DNA of 64,000 nucleotides, from assembly GCA_963764715.1 (NCBI GenBank), contig CAVXTP010000006.1, positions 32,001 through 96,000 on the forward strand, given 5' to 3'. Position numbers and translations under genes: made by a program. Shown piece by piece: positions 45,381 through 56,483 of the stretch (position 1 is its first letter; each line of letters begins with the position of its first letter). The stretch comes from an uncultured Acidobacteriota bacterium (GTDB taxonomy: Bacteria; Acidobacteriota; Thermoanaerobaculia; UBA5066; Gp7-AA6). The notes beneath the pieces were generated by a model. The model did not search any database, was not told the origin of the DNA, and worked only from the letters and a program-made list of their open reading frames with translations.

Positions 45381-46154
45381 CTACGATGCGTCGGCGACGA
45401 CGGCGGTCTGCGAGAGCTCCGGCGTGCGCGGCCGGTCTTCCGAGGCGGCGTCTTCGGCTCCGCGCTCCCCGTGGGCGTGGAGCCCCTCGAGGATCGCGTC
45501 GGCGACCTTGGCCGTGAAGAGCCGGATGGCGCGAATCGCGTCGTCGTTGCCCGGGATCACGTGGTCGACGAGGTCCGGATCGCAGTTCGTGTCGACCACC
45601 GCCACCACCGGGATGCCGAGGATGTTGGCTTCCTTGACCGCGATGTACTCCTGCTTCGGATCGATCACGAAGAGCGCGTCGGGAAGCTCGTCCATTTCCT
45701 TGATGCCCGTCAGGTTCTTCTCGAGCTTCTCCTTCTCCCGCTCCAGGCGCAGGCGCTCCTTCTTCGTCAGGTTCTCGTTGTCATCCTGCGCGAGGATGCC
45801 CTCGATCTCCTTGAGACGATGGATCGACTTGCGGATCGTGGAGAAGTTGGTCAGCGTGCCGCCGAGCCACCGCGTGTTCACGTAGAACATGCCGCAGCGG
45901 TTGGCCTCCTCGTAAATCGCATCCTGGGCCTGGCGCTTCGTGCCGACGAACAGCAGGTTCTTGCCCGCGGCGGCAAGGTCGGTCACGAACTTCGAGGCTT
46001 CCTTGAACTGCTTGAGCGTCTTCTGCAGGTCGATGATGTAGATCCCATTGCGCTTGCCGAAGATGAACTTCTTCATCTTCGGGTTCCAGCGCTTGGTCTG
46101 GTGACCGAAGTGGACGCCAGCCTCGAGCAGTTCCTTCATCGAAATAGATGCCAG
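45381..46154 (-). CDS. rpsB: 30S ribosomal protein S2 (probable CTG start at 46154; first ATG at 46139)
   Basis: [39 protein letters not shown]. Confidence 0.96.
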   Translation of the reverse strand: MASISMKELLEAGVHFGHQTKRWNPKMKKFIFGKRNGIYIIDLQKTLKQFKEASKFVTDLAAAGKNLLFVGTKRQAQDAIYEEANRCGMFYVNTRWLGGTLTNFSTIRKSIHRLKEIEGILAQDDNENLTKKERLRLEREKEKLEKNLTGIKEMDELPDALFVIDPKQEYIAVKEANILGIPVVAVVDTNCDPDLVDHVIPGNDDAIRAIRLFTAKVADAILEGLHAHGERGAEDAASEDRPRTPELSQTAVVADAS

Positions 46155-46194
46155 ATCACACCTCCTTGCCCGTCGCCCGAAGCGACGGCCGTTC

Positions 46195-46590
46195 TTACCG
46201 CTTGCTGAACTGGAACCGGGCGCGCGCTCCGCGCTGTCCGTACTTCTTGCGTTCCTTCATCCGGGGGTCGCGCGTCAGGAAGCCTTCCTTCTTGAGCTTC
46301 TTGCGGAGCTCCAGGTTGTACTCGGTCAGCGCGCGGGAGATGCCGTGGCGGATCGCTCCGGCCTGCCCGGACGGGCCGCCGCCCGCCACCGTGACGTGGA
46401 TGTCGAACTTTTCGACCGTCTCCGTCGACTGAAGCGGCTGCTTGATGACCATCTTCAGGACGTTGTTGGGGAAGTAGTCGTCGATGGAGCGCTTGTTGAC
46501 GGTGATGGCTCCGGTGCCGGGAACGAGCCGGACGCGCGCCATCGAGGTCTTCCGACGTCCGGTCGCTTTGTGCTGGATTTCGACTGCCAA
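46195..46590 (-). CDS. rpsI: 30S ribosomal protein S9
   Basis: [31 protein letters not shown]. Confidence 0.98.
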   Translation of the reverse strand: MAVEIQHKATGRRKTSMARVRLVPGTGAITVNKRSIDDYFPNNVLKMVIKQPLQSTETVEKFDIHVTVAGGGPSGQAGAIRHGISRALTEYNLELRKKLKKEGFLTRDPRMKERKKYGQRGARARFQFSKR

Positions 46591-46614
46591 GACTCCTCCG
46601 AGCTTCCTTCCGGC

Positions 46615-47058
46615 CTAGGCGGCCGAGACCTTCAGCGGGCGAGGCTGCTGCGCCTCGTGCGGGTGCTTCGCCCCGCGGTAAACCTTGAGCTTCTTCAACT
46701 GCTTGCGTCCCATCTTGGACTTCGGAAGCATCCCTCGCACGGCGTCCTCGATCAGCCGTTCGGGGTACTTCGCCTGCTGGTCGCGCGCGGCGACGGTCTT
46801 CAGCCCGCCCGGAAAGCCGGTGTGGTGGCGATAGACCTTCACGTCGATCTTGGTGCCCGTCAGCTTGATCTTCTCGGCGTTGGTGACGACCACGAAGTCG
46901 CCCATGTCGAGGTACGGCACGTAGTTCGCCCGGTGCTTCCCGGACAGAATCTTCGCGACGCGGCTCGCGAGCCGGCCGAGGACCTGGCCGGTGGCGTCGA
47001 CCACGAACCAGTCGTGGCGGACGTCGGCCAACTTCACCGTCGATGTGCCAGAAGCCAT
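46615..47058 (-). CDS. rplM: 50S ribosomal protein L13
   Basis: WFVVDA...LGRLAS, GDFVVVTNA, HPHEAQQP. Confidence 0.97.
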   Translation of the reverse strand: MASGTSTVKLADVRHDWFVVDATGQVLGRLASRVAKILSGKHRANYVPYLDMGDFVVVTNAEKIKLTGTKIDVKVYRHHTGFPGGLKTVAARDQQAKYPERLIEDAVRGMLPKSKMGRKQLKKLKVYRGAKHPHEAQQPRPLKVSAA

Positions 47059-47141
47059 CTGCAAACCCCTAGTTCCAAGACTCTCAAGGTAGGCCGCGCC
47101 GAGGCTGGCCCGGGCGGAACCCCCGTTTTCGAGGGCGCGTA

Positions 47142-47170
47142 AGAATACGTAAGCGGGCAGGGCGTGTCAA
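47142..47170 (-). promoter_or_regulatory. Sigma70-type promoter of rplM-rpsI-rpsB-tsf
   Basis: TTGACA (47165-47170), 17 nt spacer, TATTCT (47142-47147). Confidence 0.75.
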
Positions 47171-47230
47171 CCGGGACGAGAGGGCGGCCGGCCGGGTCTC
47201 CCGGGCGCCGTTCCCGCCGGAGGGCCGGTG

Positions 47231-49167
47231 CTACAGGCCGAACGTCCTCACCAGGAAAGTCGCCATCTGGGCCCGCGCCGTGCCCGCCGACGGGCAGTAG
47301 TTCCCGCCCCCGCACCCCACCGTAACGCCTTCGGCCGCGAGTTGATTGATCCAGTCGACGAACGGCGCGCCCGGGCACGGCACGTCGGCGAACACGGTCG
47401 CCGAGCAGGCCGGAGGCGCGTACGCGCCTCCGTGCTCGCCCTTCAGGAGGAAGACGGCCATCTGGGCGCGCGTCAGGGGGCTGTCGGGGCAGTAGTTTCC
47501 GCCGCCGCAGCCGGCGGTCACCCCCTCGGAGGAGAGCCCGTTGATCCAGTCGACGAAGGCGCCGCCCGGGCACGGCACGTCGGCGAAGACCGTCGCCGAG
47601 CACGCGGGGGGCGCGTAGCTCCGCCGTGCTCGCCCTTGAGGATGAAGACGGCCATCTGCGACCGCGTGACGGACTCGGCGGGACAGTAGATCCCGGCGCC
47701 GCATCCGCCCGTGATGGCGGCGCGGAAGATGGTCTCGATGTCGCTGTGGAACGGGTTCGCCTGCGGCACGTCGGAGAAATCCGCGAACCACCCGTCCGCC
47801 AGCGTGCCAGCCCCGAGGCCCGGGTTCGTCACGACGACGTCGTTCAGGGTTCCGGCCGCGAGCGACGGCGTGGACGCCGCGATCTCGCCGCCGCCGACGA
47901 CCGTCACCGATCCCGCCGCGGCGCCGCCGATCGTGACCGTGGCACCATCCACGAAGTTGGCTCCACCGATCGAAACCGCGGTGCCCCCGGCCGCCGGACC
48001 CGAAGTCGGCGTAATCGTCGAAACGGTGGGGTCGGGCCCGGACCCCGCGTAGCTGACGCGATAGACCTTGCCTTCGCCCCGCGCGATGTAGAGGAGGCGA
48101 CCCTCGGCGTCGACGTGCACGTCGACGGGGTTCGAGATCCCGGTCGCGAAGGTCGTCGCGGCCGGCGAGCCTGACGCCGGGTCGACCGCCCTGATCCAGC
48201 CCGCGCAGTAGTCGGCGAAGAAGTACTTGCCGACGTAGCCCGCCGGGAACTGCGGGACCGAGGGATCGTAGAACGACCCCCCGGCGATCGAGCACGCGCC
48301 GCCCGAGTGCGAATAGTAGAAGAACGGGTCCTTGAACTCCGGGTGGCCGCAGGGAGTGGTCGTGTCCTTGAGATACGGCCCCTCGCAGATGGCCCAGCCG
48401 TAGTCGCTCCCGGCGATCCCGTCGTTGATCTCCTCCCAGGTGGATGCGCCGACGTCGTTGATGAAGATGCGCCCCGTCACGGGGTGCACGGCGAACGTGA
48501 ACGGGTTGCGGAGACCGAGCGCCCAGATCGCACGGTTATCGCCGGTCGCGATGTCGTAGAACGGATTGTCGGTGGGGATCAGGGCGTCCGGGGGAACGCC
48601 GATGCGCAGGAGCTTGCCGAGCAGATTGGTCAGGACGCGCGCGTTGCCGGGCGTCGCGTTCTCGCCGACCCCGGCGTAGAGCTTCCCGTCGGCGCCGAAG
48701 TGGATGGCTCCGCCGTTGTGGTTGGTCGCGGCCGAGAGGTCGTTCAACTCGAGCAGCGGAAGCTCGCTCCCGACGGCCGCGACGTCGCCGTCGGCCGTCA
48801 GGCGCGAGATCCGGTTGTGCGGCGGCGAGCCCGGGACGGTGTAGTACACGTAGACGTACTGGTTCGTGGCGAAGTTCGGGTCGAAGGCCACGCCGAGCAG
48901 GCCCCGCTCGCCGGCGGGGTCGACAGTCATGGTCACGAACGGAGTCGCCAGCAGCGCCCCGTTCTTGATCACCCGGAGGGCCCCCGTCTGCTGGCAGACG
49001 AAGATGCGCCCGTCGGGAGCGATCGCCATCGCGGTCGGCTGCGACATGCCGCTCCACGAAATCTCGCTGAACCCCGGCGGCAGCGTCGCGCCGAAGACGG
49101 CGGCGGCGCCCGCGAGCAGGACGACGGCCACGAGGCGCGGGAGCGTCGGAGTCTTGAGCGTCGTCAT
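47231..49167 (-). CDS. Secreted PQQ-dependent sugar dehydrogenase-like (GSDH beta-propeller) protein with IPT/TIG and Cys-rich SLH-like repeats (frameshift near 47620)
   Basis: Signal peptide; [30 protein letters not shown]...WEEIN; C-terminal FADVP...GCGGGNYCP...TRAQMA repeats. Confidence 0.8.
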
Positions 49168-49208
49168 CGGATCCCGACGCTACGACGCAAATCTCGTGCC
49201 CGTCAACC

Positions 49209-52200
49209 TCAAGGCCGCGGCGCAGGCGGCCGGAGCCCCGGAAGACTCTGCACGGGCGCGCGCCCCGCGGACAGGGCGAGCGAGAAGGTGCGGACGAGGA
49301 AAGTCGCCATCTGCTGGCGCAGCGTGGCCGAGGCCGGGCAGAACTTGCCTCCGCCGCAGCCGGCGCTGATTCCTTCGGCCGCGAGGCGCTCGATCCAGGC
49401 GGCGTAGGCTCCCGGACACGGCACGTCAGAAAACACGCCGCCGCAGGCCGGCGGAACGTAATCGGAGCCGTGCTCGGCCCGGAGCAGCATGACCGACATC
49501 TGCTGGCGGGTCACCGGCGCGTCCGGGCAGTAGCTCAGCGGCGCCACGGCGCAGCCCGACGTGATCCCGCGCGCGTAGAGGTCCTCGATCCAGTCGGCGG
49601 CAAAGGCTCCCGCCGGTACGTCGGCGAAGACCGTCCCGGTCGCCGCGGGAGGCGTGTAGGAGGACCCCAGGGACGCCTTGAGGATCAGGACCGCCATCTG
49701 GGCCCGGGTCACGGCATCGACCGGACAGTAGATTCCGGCGCCGCAGCCGCCGGTCACGCCGCTCCGGACGATCGACTCGATGTCGCCATGGAAGCCGTTG
49801 GATTGCGGCACATCCGCGAAATCGGCGAACCAGCCTCGGGCCAGGGTCCCCGAGGCGCCGCCCGGATTGGCGACCGTCACGTCGTGAAGCGCGCCGGCCG
49901 GGCGCGCGGGTGCCTTCGCGGTCATCTGTGTCGAGTTGACGAAAACGACGCTCGTCGCGGACGCGCCGCCGATCTTCACCGTCGCGCCGGAGACGAAGCC
50001 GGCGCCCCCGATCGCCACGGAGGTCCCTCCGGCGGCCGCCCCTGACCCCGGCGCGATGCTCGAGACCGAGGGGGCGCCCGGCAGGGGCGTGGGAGTGCGC
50101 GTGGGCGTCGAACTCGCCGTGAAAGTCCGCGTGGCCGTTCGGGTGGCGGTGCGGGTGGGCGTCGGGCTCGCGGTGAAAGTCCGGGTCGCCGTTGGCGTCG
50201 CGGTGCGAGTCGGCGTCGAGGTCGAGGGGACAGGCGTTGCCGTGCGGGAGCGCGTGACCGTCGCCGTCCACGTCGCGGTGCGTGTCGGTGTTCGTGTCGG
50301 GCTCGCAGTCGACGTCGGGGTACGGCTCGGCGTCAGAGTTGGCGTCCGGCTCGCGGTCGGCGTCGCGGTGCGTGTGGGCGTCCGTGTCGGGGTTCGAGTC
50401 GCCGTGAACGTCGGGGTCCGGGTCGGCGTGCGGGTGGGGGTCGCGGTCAGCGTCGGCGTGGGGCTCGGTCCGCCGTTGAACACGGCGGTGTAGGTCGTCG
50501 CGCTCGCGGGCGTCGAGATGTCGTGGCTACGGGCTCCCCCGTCCGACCACGAAACCCAGTTGTAGGTCGTCCCGCCGGAGGACTGGGGCGAAGGCGCCGA
50601 GATCGACCGGGTCATGTTGACGACGCCGGTCACCGCGATCGGTGCGGTGAAGGGTTGGCCGTCGATCGTGACCTGCAGACCCGCCGGGCTCGTGGCGAAG
50701 GTCATCGTGGCGGTCTTCGGGAGCACGTCACGGTACGTCTCGGCGGTCAGGCCGACGGAATCGACGACCGCCAGGTGAATCCGATACCAGACGTTCGGCG
50801 ACGTCTCGCCGACCGTGGGCACGACGAAGGAGCCGCTGGCCGAACCGCTCGTCGGGGGAATGAAGGGATGGATGTGCGTGTCGTGGTGGAAGTTCACCCA
50901 CCAGGTCAGCGCGCTCGCAGGCAGGTTTCCGTCCTCCGGATCGGTGCCGGAGCCCGCGTAGTTGATGGTCGAGTTGCCCTGGTAGGTCGAGCCGGGCGAC
51001 GGAGCACTGATGGTCGCCGTCGGCGCTGCGTTGTTGAGCACCGTGAGGATGGCCTGCGCGCTCGTCGCGCTGCCGGAGCCGTTCGTGACGATGCACCGAT
51101 ACTGGCTCCCGTTGTCCCCGAGGGCGAGCGTCGGCGTCGTATAGGACGGCAGAGTGGCGTTGGTGATGTTCGCGCTGTTCTTCTGCCACTGGTACGACAG
51201 CGGCGCCGCCCCGCTCGCCGAGACGTCGAAAGTCGCCGTCGACCCGACCGCGACCGTCTGGCTCGCGGGATCCTCCGTGATGATGGGCGCGCTCGACCCG
51301 GTGTACGTGACCTTGTACACGCGGTTGTTCCCGCGGGCGAGGTAGTAGAGGTTGCCCTCGAAATCCACGTGGATGTCGACCGGGCTGGAGATCCCCGTGG
51401 CGAAGTCGGTGGCCGTCAGAGTGGCCGTGTCGAGTCGCTTGATCCAGCCGCCATTGCTCCCGCCGATTCCGCAGTAGTCCGCGAAGAAATAGTCGCCCGT
51501 GTAGTCGGCGGGAAACTGGGGAATCTGGGGGTTGTAGAAGTCGCCTCCCGTGATCGCGCAGGGGTTCGACCCCGCGCTGCTGTAGTAGTAGAAGGGATCG
51601 GTGTACGCCGGGTTGGGCGGGCTACAAGGACTCTCGCAGTCCGGCCAGCCGTAGTTGGCCCCCGCGAGCCCGTCGTTGATCTCCTCCCAGGTGTACTGGC
51701 CCACGTCATTGATGAAAATTCGTCCGGTGAAGGGCTGCACCGCGAACGAGAAGGGGTTGCGCAACCCCAGGGCCCAGATCTCTCCCCTCGCTCCGCCCAC
51801 GCCGACGAACGGATTGTCCGAGGGGATGGTGCCGTCCGAATTGATTCGGAGCAACTTCCCGAGCAGGTTGCCGAGATTCTGGGAGTTTCCCGGGGACGCG
51901 TTCTCCCCGACTCCGATGTAGAGCTTCCCGTCCAGGCCGAAATGCAGGGCGCCGCCGTTGTGGTTGGTTGCTGCCGAGAGGTTGTTGAGTTCCAGCAGGA
52001 TCAGCTCGCTGCCGGGGACGGCCACATCACCGTTTGCGGTGAGCCTGCTCGTACGGTTGTGCGACGGAGTGCCGGGGACCGTGTAGTAAACGTAAACGTA
52101 ATGGTTGGTGACGAAATTCGGATCGAAAGCCACGCCCAGCAAGCCGCGCTCACCCGTCAAATCCACGGTGAGGGTCACGAAGGGGGTCGGCAGCAGCACG

Positions 52201-52391
52201 CCGTTCTTGATCACGCGCAGCGTTCCACCCTGTTCGCAAACGAAGACACGCCCGTCCGGGGCGACCGCCATGGCCGTCGCCAGCGTCAAGCCAGAGACGG
52301 ACGTCTCCGTGAAGCCGGCCGGAAGCGTCGCCGCCGGCACACCGGTCCGGGCAGCCAGCGATAGGGCAATGGCGAGGCTCAGTCGTTTCAT
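49209..52391 (-). CDS. Secreted PQQ-dependent sugar dehydrogenase-like protein with Ig-like domains, Thr/Pro/Arg linker, IPT/TIG and Cys-rich SLH-like repeats
   Basis: Same GSDH motifs; Ig motif LSYQWQKN...YRCIVTN; TRTP repeats near 50090-50465; three to four GC..YCP..TR.QM repeats. The exact C-terminus may be affected by an indel. Confidence 0.8.
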   Translation of the reverse strand: MKRLSLAIALSLAARTGVPAATLPAGFTETSVSGLTLATAMAVAPDGRVFVCEQGGTLRVIKNGVLLPTPFVTLTVDLTGERGLLGVAFDPNFVTNHYVYVYYTVPGTPSHNRTSRLTANGDVAVPGSELILLELNNLSAATNHNGGALHFGLDGKLYIGVGENASPGNSQNLGNLLGKLLRINSDGTIPSDNPFVGVGGARGEIWALGLRNPFSFAVQPFTGRIFINDVGQYTWEEINDGLAGANYGWPDCESPCSPPNPAYTDPFYYYSSAGSNPCAITGGDFYNPQIPQFPADYTGDYFFADYCGIGGSNGGWIKRLDTATLTATDFATGISSPVDIHVDFEGNLYYLARGNNRVYKVTYTGSSAPIITEDPASQTVAVGSTATFDVSASGAAPLSYQWQKNSANITNATLPSYTTPTLALGDNGSQYRCIVTNGSGSATSAQAILTVLNNAAPTATISAPSPGSTYQGNSTINYAGSGTDPEDGNLPASALTWWVNFHHDTHIHPFIPPTSGSASGSFVVPTVGETSPNVWYRIHLAVVDSVGLTAETYRDVLPKTATMTFATSPAGLQVTIDGQPFTAPIAVTGVVNMTRSISAPSPQSSGGTTYNWVSWSDGGARSHDISTPASATTYTAVFNGGPSPTPTLTATPTRTPTRTPTFTATRTPTRTPTRTATPTASRTPTLTPSRTPTSTASPTRTPTRTATWTATVTRSRTATPVPSTSTPTRTATPTATRTFTASPTPTRTATRTATRTFTASSTPTRTPTPLPGAPSVSSIAPGSGAAAGGTSVAIGGAGFVSGATVKIGGASATSVVFVNSTQMTAKAPARPAGALHDVTVANPGGASGTLARGWFADFADVPQSNGFHGDIESIVRSGVTGGCGAGIYCPVDAVTRAQMAVLILKASLGSSYTPPAATGTVFADVPAGAFAADWIEDLYARGITSGCAVAPLSYCPDAPVTRQQMSVMLLRAEHGSDYVPPACGGVFSDVPCPGAYAAWIERLAAEGISAGCGGGKFCPASATLRQQMATFLVRTFSLALSAGRAPVQSLPGLRPPAPRP

Positions 52392-52414
52392 GCGCAGTTG
52401 TGACGGGAGGCACA

Positions 52415-52443
52415 AAGCTATGCCGCCGCAGGCAGCCTGTCAA
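52415..52443 (-). promoter_or_regulatory. Sigma70-type promoter of the dehydrogenase genes
   Basis: TTGACA (52438-52443), 17 nt spacer, TAGCTT (52415-52420). Confidence 0.65.
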
Positions 52444-52506
52444 ACGGCTCCGCGACGCCTCCGGGCGGGTCGGCGCCCGCGAATCCTTTAACATCCATCC
52501 CCAGGC

Positions 52507-53713
52507 ATGCCAGAGCCCGAGCACCGTTCACCCGACTCGCGGCCGCGGGTGCCGGTGCTCGTCCTCGGAAAGGGCATCACGGCGCTCGGCGCCGTGCGGG
52601 CTCTCGGCCGCCGCGGAACGCCCCTGTTCGTCGCCGGAACGCCGGGGAGCATCGTGACGGGCTCCCGATGGTATCGACGGCTCCCCGGGGAGCCGCTCGA
52701 CGAAGCGTCCGACGGCGACCTGGCCGCGAGGCTCGCCGGCCTCGCGATTGCGAAGATGGTGCTCCTTCCCTGCTCGGACGCCTGGGTGATGTCCGTCAGC
52801 CGGCTGCCGTCCGACCTCCGCGAGCGCTTTCCCGCGAGCATCGGCACGACCGAAACGCTCCTGCGGCTGACGGACAAGGGTCGGTTCGCCGAGACTCTCG
52901 CCGAGCTCGACGTTCCCCGCCCCGGGACGTACCTCCTGAGGGATGCGCGCGCGCTCGACGCCGTGCCCGAGGAGTCGTTCCGGACGTCCTTCCTGAAGCC
53001 CGTCAACTCCGGCCGCTTTGCAAGCCAGTACGGGGTCAAGGCGATTCGCCCGACGGGGCCCGCGCACGCGAGAGCGCTCGTGGCCGAGGCCGCCGGGAAG
53101 GGGCTGGAGCTCATCCTCCAGGAGTTCATCCCCGGCCCGCCCACGCTTCCATCATTTCCTGGACGGCTTCATCGACCGCCGCGGGCGCGTCTGCGGCCTC
53201 CTCGCCCGCCGGCGGATTCGGATGTTTCCGCCGGACTTCGGGAACAGCACGTTCACCGAGAGCATCGACCTCGACGCGATGGCGCCGGCCCGGGACGCGC
53301 TTCTTCGCCTGCTCGAGGCCATCCGATATCGCGGAGTGTTCAGCGCCGAGTTCAAGTTCGACGAGCGCGACGGGCTCTTCAAGCTCCTGGAGGTCAACGC
53401 GCGCCCGTGGTGGTTCGTCGGATTCGCGGCGGCCTGCGGAGTGGACGTGTGCGGGATGGCCCTCCGCGACGCCCTCGGAGAGGACGTGGAGCCGGTCTCG
53501 ACGTACGCGGTCGGCCGGCGATGCGTCTACGGACGGCGGGACATGGACGGCTGGAGGGCGCAGCCCCGGGCGAGCCGCCCCCCGCTCGTGTCGCTGTTGC
53601 GCTCCTGGGTCGGGGCGCAGCAGCTCACGTTCTCGATGGACGATCCCCGCCCCGGCCTGCGCGAGCTGCTCGGATCGATCCGCACGAGGATCCGGCGGAG
53701 GCTCGGTCGTTGA
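52507..53713 (+). CDS. ATP-grasp carboxylate-amine ligase (D-aspartate-ligase-like; frameshift near 53150)
   Basis: LGAVRALGRRG, LLPCSD, DKGRF, FLKP, ILQEFIPG, then AEFKFDERDG..KLLEVNARPW in a second frame. Confidence 0.75.
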
Positions 53714-54771
53714 AGGCCGAGCTCGAGGTCCGGCTCCTCGGCGAGTCCGACTATCCGGAGTGGAACCGGCTCGTCGCGGCCTCCGACGAAGGGTCGATCT
53801 ACAGCATGCCGGAGTACCTCGAGATCCTCTGCGAGGCCGCCGGCGGGCGGTTCCGCATCCTCGCGGCCGGGCGAGGCGGGGACCTCCTCGGCGGCGTGGG
53901 CCTCTACGAGCGGACCTCGCGTTTCGGCGTCTACGTATCGCCCCGTCTCCTTCTGTACTACAACGGCATCGTGCTCCTCCCCTCGGAGTCGCGTTACCCG
54001 TCGCAGCGCACGGCCCGGCGCAACGAGACTCTCGCCGCGCTCGGCGACGGCCTCGGCCGCCTCGGGTACGGCCGCATCGCCCTGCGCTGCGCGAGCTCTC
54101 TGGCCGACGTCCGGGTGCTTCTCGCCCGGGGCTGGACCGCCCGTCCCCAGTACAGTTACGTCGTGCCGCTGACCGACCTCGAGGCCCTCCGCGGGCGCAT
54201 GGAGCAGAACCTGCGCCGGCTGGTCGACCGCTGCGCCGCGCAGGGCGTGACGGTCACCGAGGACGACGACTTCGACTCCTTCTTCCGGCTTCACGCGCAG
54301 ATCCACGAGCGCAAGGGCGCGCGCCTCTACCTGCCCGAGTCGGCATTCCGCCGGTACTTCGACCGTCTCCACTCCCGGGGGCTCGCGCGCCTCTTCCACG
54401 CGCGGCTGCCCGGAGGCCAGTCGATCTCCACCCAGCTCGTTCTGACCGGACCGCATCCCGTCTCGCACACCGTCAGCGCCGGCTCGGACGCGGCGCATCT
54501 CAAGCTCGGGGCCACGGCCTTTCTCCGCTGGAGCGTCTTCCGCCGGCTGGCGGAGCTCGGCCACACCGCCAACGATCTGACCGACGCCGAGCTCTCGCCG
54601 GTCACGCACTTCAAGGCGCAGCTCGGCGGCGATCTCCGGATGTCCCACTGGCTGGAGGCCCCGGAATCGGCGCGCTTCCGGCTCGAGCGAGCGGGACGCT
54701 CGCTCGGACGATTCGCGCGGAAGACCGTCCGCCGCGTGAAGCGGCGGCTTTCCGGCGGGAGGCGCGGATGA
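53710..54771 (+). CDS. GNAT-fold (FemAB/Acetyltransf_6-like) acyltransferase
   Basis: TTG start overlaps the upstream TGA; W..LV..S..GSIY, NLRRLV, FLRW, HFKAQLGG pattern typical of FemAB-like GNATs. Confidence 0.65.
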   Translation: MKAELEVRLLGESDYPEWNRLVAASDEGSIYSMPEYLEILCEAAGGRFRILAAGRGGDLLGGVGLYERTSRFGVYVSPRLLLYYNGIVLLPSESRYPSQRTARRNETLAALGDGLGRLGYGRIALRCASSLADVRVLLARGWTARPQYSYVVPLTDLEALRGRMEQNLRRLVDRCAAQGVTVTEDDDFDSFFRLHAQIHERKGARLYLPESAFRRYFDRLHSRGLARLFHARLPGGQSISTQLVLTGPHPVSHTVSAGSDAAHLKLGATAFLRWSVFRRLAELGHTANDLTDAELSPVTHFKAQLGGDLRMSHWLEAPESARFRLERAGRSLGRFARKTVRRVKRRLSGGRRG

Positions 54772-56435
54772 GGGGCGCGGATCGTCTCTGCGGTGCGCTC
54801 GAGGACATCGGAGTGGAGACCCTGTTCGGCCTTCCGGGGTCGCAGAACGTGGCGCTCTTCGACGCCCTGCGCACCTCGCGGATCCGCACGGTCGTGGCCA
54901 CGCACGAGCTCGCCGCCTCGTTCATGGCGAATGGCTACGCCCGCGCGAGCGGGCGGCCGGGCGTCCTCGTCACGATCCCGGGCCCCGGGTTCACGTACGC
55001 CCTCACCGGCCTCGCCGAAGCGTTCCTCGACTCGACCCCCCTGCTGCACCTCCTCGGCCAGCCCGCGGTCGAGCCCGGCCGCCGGTTCCAGCTCCAGGCG
55101 CTCGACCAGCGTTCGGTGGCCAGCCCCATCGTCAAGCGGGTGTTCGAGGCGGGCAGCCTCGACCGGATCGAGGAGCTTCTCCGCGAGGCCTACGACCTGT
55201 GTCTCGCGGGAGAGCCGGGCCCCGTCGTCGTCCACCTTCCCGTCAACCTCGGTGCCGAGGCGGGCGACCTGCGGCCCGTGCCGCCGCCGGCGCCCGCGGC
55301 GACCCTTCCGTCGGTGGACGAGCTCGAGCGGCGGCTGACCGCGGCCCGCCGCCCCCTGCTGTACGTCGGACAGGGCGCGGCGGGAGCGGCCGAAGATCTC
55401 CGGGAGCTCGTGGAGTCCCTCCGGGCGCCGGTCCTGACGACGACTTCGGCCCGCGGGGTCCTTTCGGAGGACCACCCCTGGGTCGTGCCGTTCGATCGGG
55501 GAGGCTCGGACGCTCTCAACGAGCTCGTGGCCTCGAGCGACCTCGTTCTGGCGCTCGGCTGCAAGTTCTCGCACAACGGAGCCCACGGCTTTCGTCTGCG
55601 GTTCCCGCCCGACCGCCTGGTCCACGTGGACGCTTCATCCGAGGTCCTCGGCGCGAACTACGAAACGTCCCTCGCCCTCCTGGCCGACGTTCCCTGGCTG
55701 ATCCGGACCCTGCGCGACCAGCGGCGGACCGCGGGCCGCACGACGCGCTCCGAGTGGAGGGAGGGCGAGATCGGGGCCTGGCGACAGCGCGCCTTCGAAC
55801 GCTACAAGATCGACTGGGAGCCGCGCGTCCGGGGCCTCAACCCGCCGACGACGCAGGAGTTCTTCGCCGCACTCGGACGCGTCATGCCGTCGGACTCGTC
55901 TCTCGTTCTCGACTCCGGCCTCCACCAGATGCTGGCGCGGCGTCACTTCCGGGTCCAGTCGCCGCGGGGGCTCATCCTTCCGACCGATCTTCAGTCCATG
56001 GGTTTCGCGCTGCCGGCGGCCGTCGGCGCGAAACTCGCCCGGCCCGACCGCACCGTCGTCGCGCTCATCGGGGATGGCGGCTTCGCCATGTCCGGCATGG
56101 AGCTGCTGACCGCCGTCCGCGAGCGGCTGCGCCTCGCCGTGATCGTCTTCAAGGACGGCCATTACGGGCTCATCCGAAAGCAGCAGCTCGGCGCCTACCG
56201 CCACGCTTACGGCACGAAGCTCCACAACCCGGACTTCCAGGCCGTGGCCGAAGCCGCGGGGGCCCGATACCTGAAGCTCGGAGACGACGCCGAACGGACG
56301 CTGCACCGGGCGGTCCGGAGCTCGGGCGTGACGGTGGTCGAAGTCGCCCTGCGCGATCCCGGACGGGAACGAATCCGGCGCCTCCGGCGGTCGTTCACGA
56401 GCCGGGTCCGAAGCTGGCTCTCGGGCGGGCGCTGA
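54768..56435 (+). CDS. Thiamine diphosphate-dependent enzyme (acetolactate synthase large-subunit family)
   Basis: FGLPGSQN, HELAASFMANGYARASG, PGPGFT, MGFALPAAVGAKLARP, GDGGFAMS. Confidence 0.85.
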   Translation: MRGADRLCGALEDIGVETLFGLPGSQNVALFDALRTSRIRTVVATHELAASFMANGYARASGRPGVLVTIPGPGFTYALTGLAEAFLDSTPLLHLLGQPAVEPGRRFQLQALDQRSVASPIVKRVFEAGSLDRIEELLREAYDLCLAGEPGPVVVHLPVNLGAEAGDLRPVPPPAPAATLPSVDELERRLTAARRPLLYVGQGAAGAAEDLRELVESLRAPVLTTTSARGVLSEDHPWVVPFDRGGSDALNELVASSDLVLALGCKFSHNGAHGFRLRFPPDRLVHVDASSEVLGANYETSLALLADVPWLIRTLRDQRRTAGRTTRSEWREGEIGAWRQRAFERYKIDWEPRVRGLNPPTTQEFFAALGRVMPSDSSLVLDSGLHQMLARRHFRVQSPRGLILPTDLQSMGFALPAAVGAKLARPDRTVVALIGDGGFAMSGMELLTAVRERLRLAVIVFKDGHYGLIRKQQLGAYRHAYGTKLHNPDFQAVAEAAGARYLKLGDDAERTLHRAVRSSGVTVVEVALRDPGRERIRRLRRSFTSRVRSWLSGGR

Positions 56436-56483
56436 GAGCGACGGCCCGGACGGACGTTCGGCCGCGCGCGCAAGCGCGGGCTC

